Shown piece by piece: positions 20,170 to 29,447 of a stretch of DNA of 64,000 bases (positions are counted from its first letter, which is position 1; the number at the start of each line of letters is the position of its first letter). The position numbers and the translations under genes were made by a program. This DNA comes from Longimicrobiales bacterium (GTDB lineage: Bacteria; Gemmatimonadota; Gemmatimonadetes; Longimicrobiales; Gaopeijiaceae). The stretch lies in the NCBI GenBank assembly GCA_965249725.1, contig CBDFMQ010000001.1, positions 256,001 through 320,000 of the forward strand. The letters run 5' to 3'. The notes beneath the pieces are model-generated. The model was not told where the DNA came from. It made no database searches and was given only the letters and a program-made list of their open reading frames with translations.

Positions 20170-22542
20170 CTAGCCACTTCCTTCGGGGGCGATAGGGGCG
20201 CTGATAGGGGCGGTGATCGGGGTGGCGATCGGTGCCCGTAGCACCTCGTCCGGGATGCCGAATCCGTCTACCAGGAAGAGGGCTTGTTGCCTTATATCTG
20301 AGCAGAGCTCGTTGACCATCCGACGGATGGCACGCGTCTTGGCCGGTTCTACGTAGCCGCTCTCCATATACCAGGCCCCATGCGCTTCGATCGTAGCCAG
20401 GGCATACAGGGTCGAGAGCCCGTCCAACGTCTCGGAGAGTCCGGGAGTCGGCGCACGCACGACGGCGTTCCGAAAACACTCCATGATGAGCCGCTCAACG
20501 TGGGCGTTGGCGAGGGTTACGAGGTGGTCCTGCGTGAGGTTCATGGCCTCGAAGGAGCTCACGCCCGATGCGAGCAGGTCCCTCAGACGCTTGGCAGCCG
20601 AGGCCAGGAGCCGATCCTCACGGTATTGGAACGCCGCCAGGTGGAATTCGGGGTCGCGGAGATGCTCCTCGTGGGTCCGTCGGGTGGTGACGGGGTTCAT
20701 CTCCGCCAAACGCACCCCCGCACGATCGGCCATATGTCGGACCATTCCCCACACCCTCAGGTCCCCCAACTGGTCGCGATAGCCCGACAGCAGCCCTTTG
20801 GCGACGAGCTGGAGCAGGACCGGGTTGGCGCCCTCGAACGTGGTGAAGACGTCGACGTCATCGCGAAGGGCCCCAAGCCGGTTGGCCGCGAGGTATCCCT
20901 GGCCGCCACAAGCTTCCCGGCAGGCCTGGATGGTGGCCATGGCGTGCGTGGAGGCGTAGGCCTTCAGTCCGGCGGCGTCCACCTCCACCGCTTGGTCCGG
21001 CCCGCCGTCCTCTTCGGTGTAGCGCCGAATCAGGTCTCGCACCGCGAAATGGAGACCGTACGTGGTGGCCAGGTGGGGAAGCAGGAGTCGCTGATGGATG
21101 CGGTAGTCGAGGATGCGCACCTCCTCCGCGTCAGACGGTCCGAACTGACGTCGTTCGTCACCGTAGCGGATCGCCACGGTGAGGGCGGACTTCGTGGTGC
21201 TAACCGAGGCCGCCGCGACGCTCACGCGTCCGGCCACGAGCGTGCCCAACATGGTGAAGAAACGCCGTCCGGGGCTGGTGATCGAGCTGGAGTAGGTGCC
21301 TTCGTCGGTGACCTCACCGAAGCGGTCCAGCAGGTTCTCCCTTGGAATCCGGACCTGGTCGAAGGCCAGCGTCCCGTTGTCGATCCCGTTCAGGCCGACC
21401 TTCTCGCCCCGGTCCGCAATGGTGACACCGGGCAGGGGGCGGCCCTTACGGTTCCGAATGGGCACGACGAATGCATGGACGCCGTGAGGTGTGCCGCCTA
21501 CCTCGAGTTGGGCGAAGATCGTGGCCATGCGGCCGTGTAGGGCAGCGTTCCCGATCCAGTCCTTCCGGGCACTCGGCGACGGAGTATGTAGGACGAACTC
21601 GCCCGACCCCGCGTCGTAGCGTGCGGTCGTCTCCAGATCCCGAACGTTCGACCCGTGACCCGTCTCGGTCATGCCATAACAGCCCGGGAGCTCGAGTGAG
21701 CCGATCTGGGCGAGGTACGCCTCGTGGTGGCGGGCGGTGCCGAGTTGAAGGATGCTGCCACCCCAGAGTCCGAACTGCACGCCGAACTTGACTAGCACGC
21801 TTAGGTCCCCGTAGGCCAGCGTCTCGAAAGCGGCGATGGCTGCGCCCGGGTCTTCCCGGCCGCCGTAGACCGCGGGATACGCGAGGCTGCCCAAGCCCTC
21901 CCGCGCCAGTATTTGGAGTGCCGCCAACACCCGTTCCCGGTACTCGCCGCCGGGTAGCCCCAACGGTAGGGCCAACTCGGGTGAGTTCATCAACTCGAGA
22001 ACACGAACTCGCGTGTCGAGATGAGTGTCGTTCAGGTAACGATTGAGAGAACGGACCCAGAACGGGGAGTAGACCCGTCGCACGCGTAAGGTGTCTGTGG
22101 AGACGCCCAGCAGCTCGCGCACCGCGTCCGGTCCAGACACGCCGAGACGCTCCTCGGCCAGGGCGAGCGCTTCTGGGGCGCCGTCCTGACTCCAAGGCCC
22201 GGTCGTCAGCCCCGCCCCCCGGATCAACTCCAGCCCGAGCCCCGTGAGCGATTCGGGTACGGTGCGATCCTCCGGCCACCAGCTACGTACGATCTCGCGG
22301 AGCTCGGCAACGGATGTGGGCGTCGGCGGTGCCTCCGGGCGGAGCCAGGACTTCAGGATCTCACGTCCCTCGGGATCGAGCCACTCCTGCCCCTCCAGCC
22401 CCTCGCACAGGGCGTCCATCTCCTGGGGAGTCAGCACGCCGTCGTTCCAGGCCACCTGGATCATCGGCAGAAACGCGAGCAGATCCGGACGGTCGACCGG
22501 CCAAGTCGAGGGGCCGTGGGGAGGTCGGATCGAGTCGGTCAT
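20170..22542 (-). CDS. Acyl-CoA oxidase/dehydrogenase with N-terminal TerB-like extension
   Basis: MTETGHGSNV, K.WIGNA, GIDNG, CREACGGQG and TTFEGANPVLLQ. Confidence 0.9.
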   Translation of the reverse strand: MTDSIRPPHGPSTWPVDRPDLLAFLPMIQVAWNDGVLTPQEMDALCEGLEGQEWLDPEGREILKSWLRPEAPPTPTSVAELREIVRSWWPEDRTVPESLTGLGLELIRGAGLTTGPWSQDGAPEALALAEERLGVSGPDAVRELLGVSTDTLRVRRVYSPFWVRSLNRYLNDTHLDTRVRVLELMNSPELALPLGLPGGEYRERVLAALQILAREGLGSLAYPAVYGGREDPGAAIAAFETLAYGDLSVLVKFGVQFGLWGGSILQLGTARHHEAYLAQIGSLELPGCYGMTETGHGSNVRDLETTARYDAGSGEFVLHTPSPSARKDWIGNAALHGRMATIFAQLEVGGTPHGVHAFVVPIRNRKGRPLPGVTIADRGEKVGLNGIDNGTLAFDQVRIPRENLLDRFGEVTDEGTYSSSITSPGRRFFTMLGTLVAGRVSVAAASVSTTKSALTVAIRYGDERRQFGPSDAEEVRILDYRIHQRLLLPHLATTYGLHFAVRDLIRRYTEEDGGPDQAVEVDAAGLKAYASTHAMATIQACREACGGQGYLAANRLGALRDDVDVFTTFEGANPVLLQLVAKGLLSGYRDQLGDLRVWGMVRHMADRAGVRLAEMNPVTTRRTHEEHLRDPEFHLAAFQYREDRLLASAAKRLRDLLASGVSSFEAMNLTQDHLVTLANAHVERLIMECFRNAVVRAPTPGLSETLDGLSTLYALATIEAHGAWYMESGYVEPAKTRAIRRMVNELCSDIRQQALFLVDGFGIPDEVLRAPIATPITAPISAPIAPEGSG

Positions 22543-22634
22543 AGTGTCCGCGAGAGTAGGGCGCCGGGCCGTCCCTGTCGAGACGAAGCCGGGGGCTCTT
22601 GACCTGGGTCCGCGCCTGATACAAGCTCTCTGCC

Positions 22635-23135
22635 ATGGACAAATCGAAGCCACTCGTAGGCGTGGTCATGGGGTCCCGGTCGGACTGGGATACCATGAGC
22701 AGAGCCACTGACGCGCTGGAGAGCCTCGGGATCCCTCACGAGGTCCGGGTCATCTCCGGCCACCGCACCCCAGACCTTTGTATCGAGTACGCCGCGACCG
22801 CTGAGGAGCGTGGACTCGAAGTGATCATCACCGGCGCTGGCGGTGCGGCACATCTGGGCGGGATGATGGCGGCCAAGACCGTCGTCCCCGTGCTGGGCGT
22901 TCCCATGAAAGCCTGGGCTTTGGACGGGTTGGACTCCCTGTTGTCGATCGTACAGATGCCTGCCGGGATTCCCGTCGGCACGCTGGCGATCGGCAATGCC
23001 GGAGCGACCAACGCCGGACTCCTCGCCGGGGAGATGTTGGGGAACAAGTACCCGGAGATCCGCGAAGCCGTGCGACGCTACCGTGCCGAGCGCACGCAGA
23101 AGGTCCTGGACGAAGGGGATCCGCGGGAGGGATAG
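22635..23135 (+). CDS. purE: N5-CAIR mutase
   Basis: MGS.SDW, SGHRTP, AGGAAHL and SIVQMPAGIPV. Confidence 0.95.
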   Translation: MDKSKPLVGVVMGSRSDWDTMSRATDALESLGIPHEVRVISGHRTPDLCIEYAATAEERGLEVIITGAGGAAHLGGMMAAKTVVPVLGVPMKAWALDGLDSLLSIVQMPAGIPVGTLAIGNAGATNAGLLAGEMLGNKYPEIREAVRRYRAERTQKVLDEGDPREG

Positions 23136-23143
23136 GACTGCGG

Positions 23144-24019
23144 ATGGGCACCACCTTCCAATCCGATGTCGGGCCACTCCGACGAGCCGTCTTGAAGCAT
23201 CCCGACGCAGCGTTCGTTGGCGACGACGCCATCGACGCTCAATGGCAGACGCTCGGCTTCCTCGCACGGCCCGATCTCGGCGTCGCTACACGTGAGTTCG
23301 AGGCGTTCGCGGGGCTTCTGGAGACGCTTGGTACCGAGGTGCTCCTCCTGCCCGAGGCGGAGGAGGTCGGTCTCGACTCCATCTACGCTCGGGATGCATC
23401 GGTGGTAACCGACAGGGGTGTCATCACCTGCCGCATGGGCAAACCGGCGAGGCGCGCCGAACCCTCCGCTCAACATTCCGCCTACCACGAATGGGGTATT
23501 CCCGTTCTTGCAGGAATTGAAGGGGAAGGGCGCCTCGAGGGGGGCGATGTCGTGTGGGTGGGCCGTCGCACGTTGGCCGTGGGACAGGGCTACCGGACCA
23601 ACGCCGAAGGAATTCGCCAGCTCGGTTCGCTCCTCGGTCCGGACGTGAATGTCGTGACGGTTCCGCTTCCCCACTTCAGGGGGCCCGATGACGTCTTCCA
23701 TCTCATGTCGATCGTGAGTCTCGTGGATGATGATTTTGCGGTAGTGTATTCACCTCTCATGCCGGTGCCATTCCGGGAGTTGCTTCTCTCCCGAGGATTC
23801 GAGCTGGTGGAGGTCCCGGAGAACGAGTACGACACCTTGGGCTGCAATGTGCTGACGGTCGCGCCGCGGGTCTGCGTCGTGGCGGAGGGCAGTCCCGAAA
23901 CGCGTCGACGCATGGAGGCCGCGGGAGCCGAGGTCCACGCCTTCGCCGGCTCGGAGATCTGCCTCAAGGGCTCCGGTGGACCTACGTGCCTCACCCGCAC
24001 GCTGGAGCGCGAGGAGTAG
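23144..24019 (+). CDS. Amidinotransferase/dimethylargininase (DDAH-like)
   Basis: Y.RD, EGGD, RTN.EG, HL and C-terminal GGPTCLT with the catalytic Cys. Confidence 0.85.
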   Translation: MGTTFQSDVGPLRRAVLKHPDAAFVGDDAIDAQWQTLGFLARPDLGVATREFEAFAGLLETLGTEVLLLPEAEEVGLDSIYARDASVVTDRGVITCRMGKPARRAEPSAQHSAYHEWGIPVLAGIEGEGRLEGGDVVWVGRRTLAVGQGYRTNAEGIRQLGSLLGPDVNVVTVPLPHFRGPDDVFHLMSIVSLVDDDFAVVYSPLMPVPFRELLLSRGFELVEVPENEYDTLGCNVLTVAPRVCVVAEGSPETRRRMEAAGAEVHAFAGSEICLKGSGGPTCLTRTLEREE

Positions 24020-24193
24020 GCCGTCTACTCCGACCTCAAGGCGTCCAGCCAGGATTCCCTTCCGCTCCAACACTGCGAGGCGCTACTTTACGCGCCTTGG
24101 CCGCGCCTCGCGTCCGGACCGGAGAGGGCGGCCTTCTTCGCTTTACGCTTCCCAGGCCGATGATTTCCGCCATGCAGTCAGGATCGTTGCCTC

Positions 24194-24682
24194 ATGTTGG
24201 ATGAGATTCGCGATAGAATCGAAGCGGAGATCGTTGCGCTCACGCATGAGCTCAGCGTCCTTCTCCCCGATCGCATTCAGAAGGCCGTCGAGTTGGGCGA
24301 TCTGCGTGAGAACTCGGAGTACAAGTCGGCCCTCGAGCGACAACAATTCGTTCAGGCTCGACTCGGTCATCTCAGCAGCCGCATGTCGGAACTCTCAAAG
24401 ATCGATGTCAGCGCGATGCCGGCCGATCGGGTCGGTTTCGGGTCGAAGGTGGAGATCCACGACCTGGAGCTCGACGAAGTGAGCCAGATCACGATCGTGG
24501 CGGGCGACTTCATGGATCTGGATGGAGGGCAGGTCTCCATGGCATCGCCCATCGGCCGCGGGCTCTTGGGAGCTCGGCAGTCCGAAGAGGTCACGGTCGA
24601 GCTGCCGGTCGGTGAACGGCGGTTCAAGATTCTCGACTTGGTTACACTGCCCCAGCAGCTCGACGACCGGAACGAGAGCTAA
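24194..24682 (+). CDS. greA: Transcription elongation factor GreA
   Basis: GDLRENSEY, VGFGS.V and SPIGRGLLG. Confidence 0.9.
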   Translation: MLDEIRDRIEAEIVALTHELSVLLPDRIQKAVELGDLRENSEYKSALERQQFVQARLGHLSSRMSELSKIDVSAMPADRVGFGSKVEIHDLELDEVSQITIVAGDFMDLDGGQVSMASPIGRGLLGARQSEEVTVELPVGERRFKILDLVTLPQQLDDRNES

Positions 24683-24691
24683 GGAGGATCC

Positions 24692-25270
24692 GTGGTCAAG
24701 ACCGCGTCGACGATGGCCCCCATCGGAATGGAAGCCCCGGACTTCAGGCTTCCCGACACCCAGGGCGTGACTGTCTCGAGGGACGACTTCTCTGACGCTC
24801 CCGGGCTGCTCGTGGTCTTTCTCAGCAACTACTGTCCGTTCGTAAAGCACCTGAGGACCGAACTCGCGGAGTTCGCCCGCGAGTACCAGGAGAAGGGGCT
24901 CGCGGTGGTGGCGATCAACTCGAACGACATCGAGACCCATCCGGACGACAGCCCCGCGATGATGGTCCTCGAGGTGGAGCAGGTGGGTTACACGTTCCCT
25001 TATCTGTTCGACGAGGATCAGTCGGTGGCCAAGGCCTATACCGGAGCCTGCACGCCGGACTTCTTTCTCTTCGATCGCGAACAGCGACTGGTCTATCGAG
25101 GGCAGTTCGACGAGAGCCGGCCGAGCAATGGCATGCCCGTCACCGGGCACGACCTGCGGGCGGCCGCCGACGCAGTGCTGGAGGGCAGGCCCGTCGCGGG
25201 CGAACAGATTCCCAGCGTCGGGTGCAACATCAAGTGGAAACCGGGGAACGCGCCGGACTACTTCGGCTGA
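24692..25270 (+). CDS. Thioredoxin family protein (AhpC/TSA-like)
   Basis: NYCPFV, INSND..HPDDSP, ACTPDFF, YRGQFD and GCNIKW. Confidence 0.9.
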   Translation: MVKTASTMAPIGMEAPDFRLPDTQGVTVSRDDFSDAPGLLVVFLSNYCPFVKHLRTELAEFAREYQEKGLAVVAINSNDIETHPDDSPAMMVLEVEQVGYTFPYLFDEDQSVAKAYTGACTPDFFLFDREQRLVYRGQFDESRPSNGMPVTGHDLRAAADAVLEGRPVAGEQIPSVGCNIKWKPGNAPDYFG

Positions 25271-25304
25271 CGCGCCCGCTCGCACCATCCCTGTAAGATC
25301 CCCG

Positions 25305-25355
25305 AAAAACAGAAACGCGCCGTCGGGTCAGATACTCCCGACGGCGCGTTTTTTT
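25305..25355. terminator. Bidirectional intrinsic terminator
   Basis: 15-bp stem AAACGCGCCGTCGGG/CCCGACGGCGCGTTT with a T-run on + and an A-rich run on the other side. Confidence 0.85.
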
Positions 25356-25416
25356 GTCTGTCGCAACCCGGCGCGATGGCCGCTAATGGCGCAAACAGCT
25401 GAAGCCGATTCGGCTC

Positions 25417-25479
25417 CTACAGACCGAAGCGGCGATCGCTTGCCCTTGCCAGGCTGGACAGGCTACATGGACTAGACAA
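25417..25479 (-). CDS. Putative 20-aa small ORF MSSPCSLSSLARASDRRFGL
   Basis: TTG start 7 nt after AGGAGG, within AGGAGGTGATC (11-nt complement of the 16S 3' end); TAG stop; has its own promoter and terminator. Confidence 0.45.
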   Translation of the reverse strand: MSSPCSLSSLARASDRRFGL

Positions 25480-25603
25480 TTGATCACCTCCTATTTCAGT
25501 TCGACTGTGGGCTTAGCTCCGGCGGGCTCGAGACCCGCGGTCCGCGTCCTTTTTCCCTCTCTGGGAGTCCGGGGCGGCCCAGGACCGTCCATAGGTCAAG
25601 GCC

Positions 25604-25632
25604 AACCTATGGGACGAAGCCGGAGAGATCAA
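25604..25632 (-). promoter_or_regulatory. Sigma70-like promoter overlapped by a palindrome
   Basis: On the minus strand TTGATC-17 nt-TAGGTT; inverted repeat CCATAGGT-N8-ACCTATGG at 25589-25612. Confidence 0.5.
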
Positions 25633-25687
25633 GCAGAAAAAAACCCGAGGGTGTAATGCGCTGTGACACCCCTATATGTGGTACCGG

Positions 25688-26359
25688 TCAGGCGTTGCGG
25701 TACGACCGGTGGAAGAGCCAAGCGCTGGCGAGGACCGCGACGGTGATCCAGAGGCCCCCCCAAACCACCGTGTGTATCCCGGTCAGGTCGCCCAGCATCG
25801 CAGCGTCGGACTGGAGCTCGGGCCGGTCCAGAATGTCGCTCTTGATATCGAGGATCGCGTAGAGGCAGCTCGTCAATCCCAGCGTGAGCAGCACCCCCTG
25901 ATTGACCGCCGTGGAGAGCTTGGCTGCCCCGATCACGAGCGCGAGACCGAAGGCGATTCCGAATCCGAACCCGAACGTACTTCGGACGTAAGCGAGGGTC
26001 AGGGCGATGACCAGGACCCCGGCGGCTCCGGTGACCCAGCGACTGTTGATGCGCTTGGTCTGTCCCGCCGTGACCAGCAAGCTGCCCCAGGCGAGGCTGC
26101 CGAGGTATCCGGCGGAGAGGGTCGCGAACGCGTTTCCGCCGGGGCAGTAGCACGCACCACCCTGATTGGGGTCGAGGACGATCCGCTCGATCGTCCCGCC
26201 TGTGGCGACCGCCACGACCGCGTGGCTGATCTCGTGCAGCAGCACCACGAATACCTTCAGGGGATATACGGCGGCGGTGTCCCAGAGAAACCAGAGGGCA
26301 CCGAAGTAGGCGGCGAAACCACCCAGGAACGCGAGCTTACGCTTGGTCTGAGCCTTCAT
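25688..26359 (-). CDS. M50B family membrane metallopeptidase
   Basis: HEISH, AGY and SDA motifs; multiple TM helices. Confidence 0.88.
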   Translation of the reverse strand: MKAQTKRKLAFLGGFAAYFGALWFLWDTAAVYPLKVFVVLLHEISHAVVAVATGGTIERIVLDPNQGGACYCPGGNAFATLSAGYLGSLAWGSLLVTAGQTKRINSRWVTGAAGVLVIALTLAYVRSTFGFGFGIAFGLALVIGAAKLSTAVNQGVLLTLGLTSCLYAILDIKSDILDRPELQSDAAMLGDLTGIHTVVWGGLWITVAVLASAWLFHRSYRNA

Positions 26360-26414
26360 GCGTTCCTTCTACGGCCTGGACCCCTTCAGTGTTTCGCCTG
26401 GGCTACGCGACGGG

Positions 26415-27398
26415 TTACCCGCCGGGCGCAAGGTCGATGGCATAGGCTGCCTCGAATAGCGGCCTCAGCTCAGCGAGTTCGTTGCGGGCAATGGTGGCGC
26501 CCTGAGCCGTCGACCCCAGCGCAGCGCGGGCGACTTCTCCCACCTGAGCAGGGGTCAGATCTGCGGCGAACCCCAGCGCCGTGTTCCAGCGGAGAATGCG
26601 GTCCTCCAACTCGCGTGTGATGGCGACCTGCTCCGCTTCGGGGATCGAGACTCCGAATTCCCGCGCCTGCTCCCGGGAGGCGAGTGCACGGGCTTGGTCC
26701 AGCGACCCCATGAGGTTCGCGACCTCGAGTACCACCGCGGGGCGGGCCTCCTCGAACGGCACGATCTCCCTCCCTTCGAGCCGCAGCACGTGGTACCCGT
26801 ACTGGGTTTCGACCACCGGGCTTATGTCTCCGACTTCGAGGGCCAGCGCCGCGTTCCAGAACTCAGAGACCCAGGATCCTTCACGACCTGGAGTCAGTAG
26901 TCCCTGGCGCCCCTCGGCTCCGGGCTCCTCGGAGAGCTCTGCCGCGACTTCGGGGAAAGGGTCTCCAGCCCCGAGCCTCTCGAGGGCCGCCCCTGCCTTG
27001 CGCTGAGCTTCGGCACGGTGCGAAGGGGTTCTCCACCGTTCAGAGAAGAACAGGACGTGCCGCACCGTCAGTTCTACGGCTGGGTTGGTGAGGTAGTGGG
27101 TCCGGAGTTGGTCGTCGTCGACGTCTCGCTCGCGCAGCATGATCTCGGCGGCCACGTGAGTGAGCAGCGCCTCTTCACTGCTGCGTTCGAGCAGCGGCTC
27201 CAGAACCGACAACGTCTCGCCGCGTGATGTGGCCAGCCCGAATGCGGCGATGGTGGAAAGGTCTATTCGCCGGCTCTCGCTGAGACCGAGGAGATCATTC
27301 TCTGCGAAGTGGACGTCCCCGACGGTCAGGGCCGGAGGATCGTCGGCGCACGCCACGGCCACCATCAGGACCAGGGCCGACCCGGCTCGTCTGTGCAC
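26415..27398 (-). CDS. PpiC/parvulin-type peptidyl-prolyl isomerase lipoprotein
   Basis: Lipobox VAC; VRHVL, F.EVA.ELSE and SPVVETQYGYHVL. Confidence 0.85.
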   Translation of the reverse strand: MHRRAGSALVLMVAVACADDPPALTVGDVHFAENDLLGLSESRRIDLSTIAAFGLATSRGETLSVLEPLLERSSEEALLTHVAAEIMLRERDVDDDQLRTHYLTNPAVELTVRHVLFFSERWRTPSHRAEAQRKAGAALERLGAGDPFPEVAAELSEEPGAEGRQGLLTPGREGSWVSEFWNAALALEVGDISPVVETQYGYHVLRLEGREIVPFEEARPAVVLEVANLMGSLDQARALASREQAREFGVSIPEAEQVAITRELEDRILRWNTALGFAADLTPAQVGEVARAALGSTAQGATIARNELAELRPLFEAAYAIDLAPGG

Positions 27399-27493
27399 GC
27401 TGCCATCCTCCGAATTCGCTGCTCGAACGCCGTCTACCCAAGCGGGCGGTACTTGCCGCGGGGGGAACCTGGCAGACACGTTATCGCTCCCGC

Positions 27494-27952
27494 GTGTTTC
27501 GAGCACTCCCCAACTGGTGGTGGACCGTGACGCCTTCACTCCTCGCGCCGGTGCGGGGCCCTTTCCGGGCCCTGGCAGCCTCCATCGTGCTCGAGGCCGA
27601 CGCCCTCGACGAAGCCGGTTGGCTGAGAGCGGAGGACATCGTCTGCGAGGCGCTCGCCACAAAGCCTGCGTCCATGGTCCGTCAACTGCTGCTCTTCATC
27701 CGCCTCGCCAACTGGCTGGCCTTGGTCCCGTACGGGCGCCCCTTCACCCGCCTCGGCCCTGCATCACGCAGGGCCCACCTCACACGGCTCGAGAACGCCC
27801 CGGTGCTCTTGATCAGAAGGGGGTTCTGGGGCCTGCGCACACTGGTATTCATGGGCTATTACGGCCAGGCCCGGGTGCGTGAGGAGCTGGGCTATCGAGC
27901 GTCGGCGGGAGGGTGGAGCGCCCGGGAGGACCGCCACGAGTCCTCCCCGTGA
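27494..27952 (+). CDS. Gluconate-2-dehydrogenase subunit 3-like protein
   Basis: RRGFWGLRTLVFMGYY...LGY motif; directly upstream of a GMC oxidoreductase. Confidence 0.7.
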   Translation: MFRALPNWWWTVTPSLLAPVRGPFRALAASIVLEADALDEAGWLRAEDIVCEALATKPASMVRQLLLFIRLANWLALVPYGRPFTRLGPASRRAHLTRLENAPVLLIRRGFWGLRTLVFMGYYGQARVREELGYRASAGGWSAREDRHESSP

Positions 27953-29447
27953 TCGATCGCCGTTACGATGTCGTCGTGATCGGTTCCGGGGCCGGTGGCG
28001 GAGCCGTGGCGCAAGCGCTCGTGCCGCTCGTCGAGCAGGGCGGTCGGGTTCTCGTGCTGGAGCAGGGCCCCCGCCTGGAGGACCACGAGTTCACCGGAAC
28101 GAACTCGAGATGTCTCCTGCTCTCTACGAGGACGGTGGTGGCTTCCTCACGGCTGACGGGACCATGAGCCTGGCCTTCGGGCGCCTCTATGGGGGCTCGA
28201 CCGTGGTGTATACCGGAACGTCGCTGACCGCGCCCGAGCGCGTGATCCGCGAGTGGGCCGTTCCCGGCCTCGACCACGACGATCTCGTCGAGCGGTCCCG
28301 GCGGTACATGTCGGAGAACAACGTCCACTTGCTCCCGCCAGAAGAGATCAACGAGAACAACCGACTCTTCGTGGAGGGGTGTGAGGCGGTCGGGTACGAA
28401 GCGCACCAGTTCCCCGTGAACGTGAAGGGCTGCCGGGGGTCGAGCCTCTGCAACCTGGGCTGTCCCAACGCCGCGAAGCAGGGCACGAACCGGGTCCAAC
28501 TTCCGGCCGCGGAGCGAGCGGGGGTCGAGGTCGTCACCCGCGCGGAGGCACTGCGCATCGAGGAGTGCTCGGTCGCGGTCCGGGTCTCTGAGAAGCCGGC
28601 GGGCTCGAGCGGACAGCCATCCGAGTGGGCACCGGGTGAGTATCGGGTGGAGGCCGATATGGTCGTCTCAGCCGGAGGGTCCGTCGGGTCGAGCGCCCTA
28701 CTGCTGAGGTCGGGATTCGGTTCCGTACTTCCACGCCTGGGTCACGGGTTCACCTGCCACCCCGCCTTCATCCTCGTCGGTGAGCATCCACGGGAGATCA
28801 CCAACGACGTGGGTCATCCCAAGAGCTACTACGTCGACCAGGCACGCGAAGAAGGGTGGATCCTCGAGACGTGCATGTACTTCCCGTTCGTCACCGCCAA
28901 GAATCTCACCGGCTTCGGTGCCGACCACTCCGCGCTCATGAGGGCGTTTCCGAGGCTCCAGATGATTCTGGTTCTGGCGGCCGACAAAGCCACGGAGGGA
29001 AACCGGATCACGGTGGATGTCCGCGGAAAGGCGGTCGTGCACTACGAGTTCACGGACGACGTCGTGGAGGCGATGACTCAGGCCACTCGAGCCGCCGCAC
29101 GGATCTTCTTCGGCGCGGGAGCGGTGAGGGTACATGCCCCTCCCGCTGACCCACCCCTGATCGGTGTTGACGAAGTCGACCGGATAAACGAACGGATCCA
29201 CGCTCGCCACTTCCTTCCGGGTAAGCTCTCCGTGGCGGCTGCACACCTGATGGGGGGCTGCGGAATGGGCCGTGACTCCTCGGACTCCGTAACGGACTCG
29301 TGGGGGCGCGTGCACGGTTTGCCCTGGCTGCGGGTGGCGGATTCTAGTCTCTTTCCCGACTCGGTCGAGATCAACCCGTACCTGACGGTGATGGCTCTCG
29401 CCGATCGAGTGGCCGAGGGGATTCTGCAAGACCGGAGGATCGGATGA
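27949..29447 (+). pseudogene. GMC family oxidoreductase with a 1-nt frameshift near 28097
   Basis: The GSGAGG Rossmann motif is in one frame; GGST, C...C.LGC, HLMGG and NP.LT are in another. Join is ACC GG- AAC GAA. Confidence 0.8.

Noticed and set aside
22635..23135. purE without adjacent purK as a class II PurE
   Set aside because: The sequence looks class I-like and purK may lie elsewhere; not decidable from this window.
25482..25492. 16S rRNA 3' end fragment
   Set aside because: Only GATCACCTCCT matches, and the flanks do not resemble helix 45.
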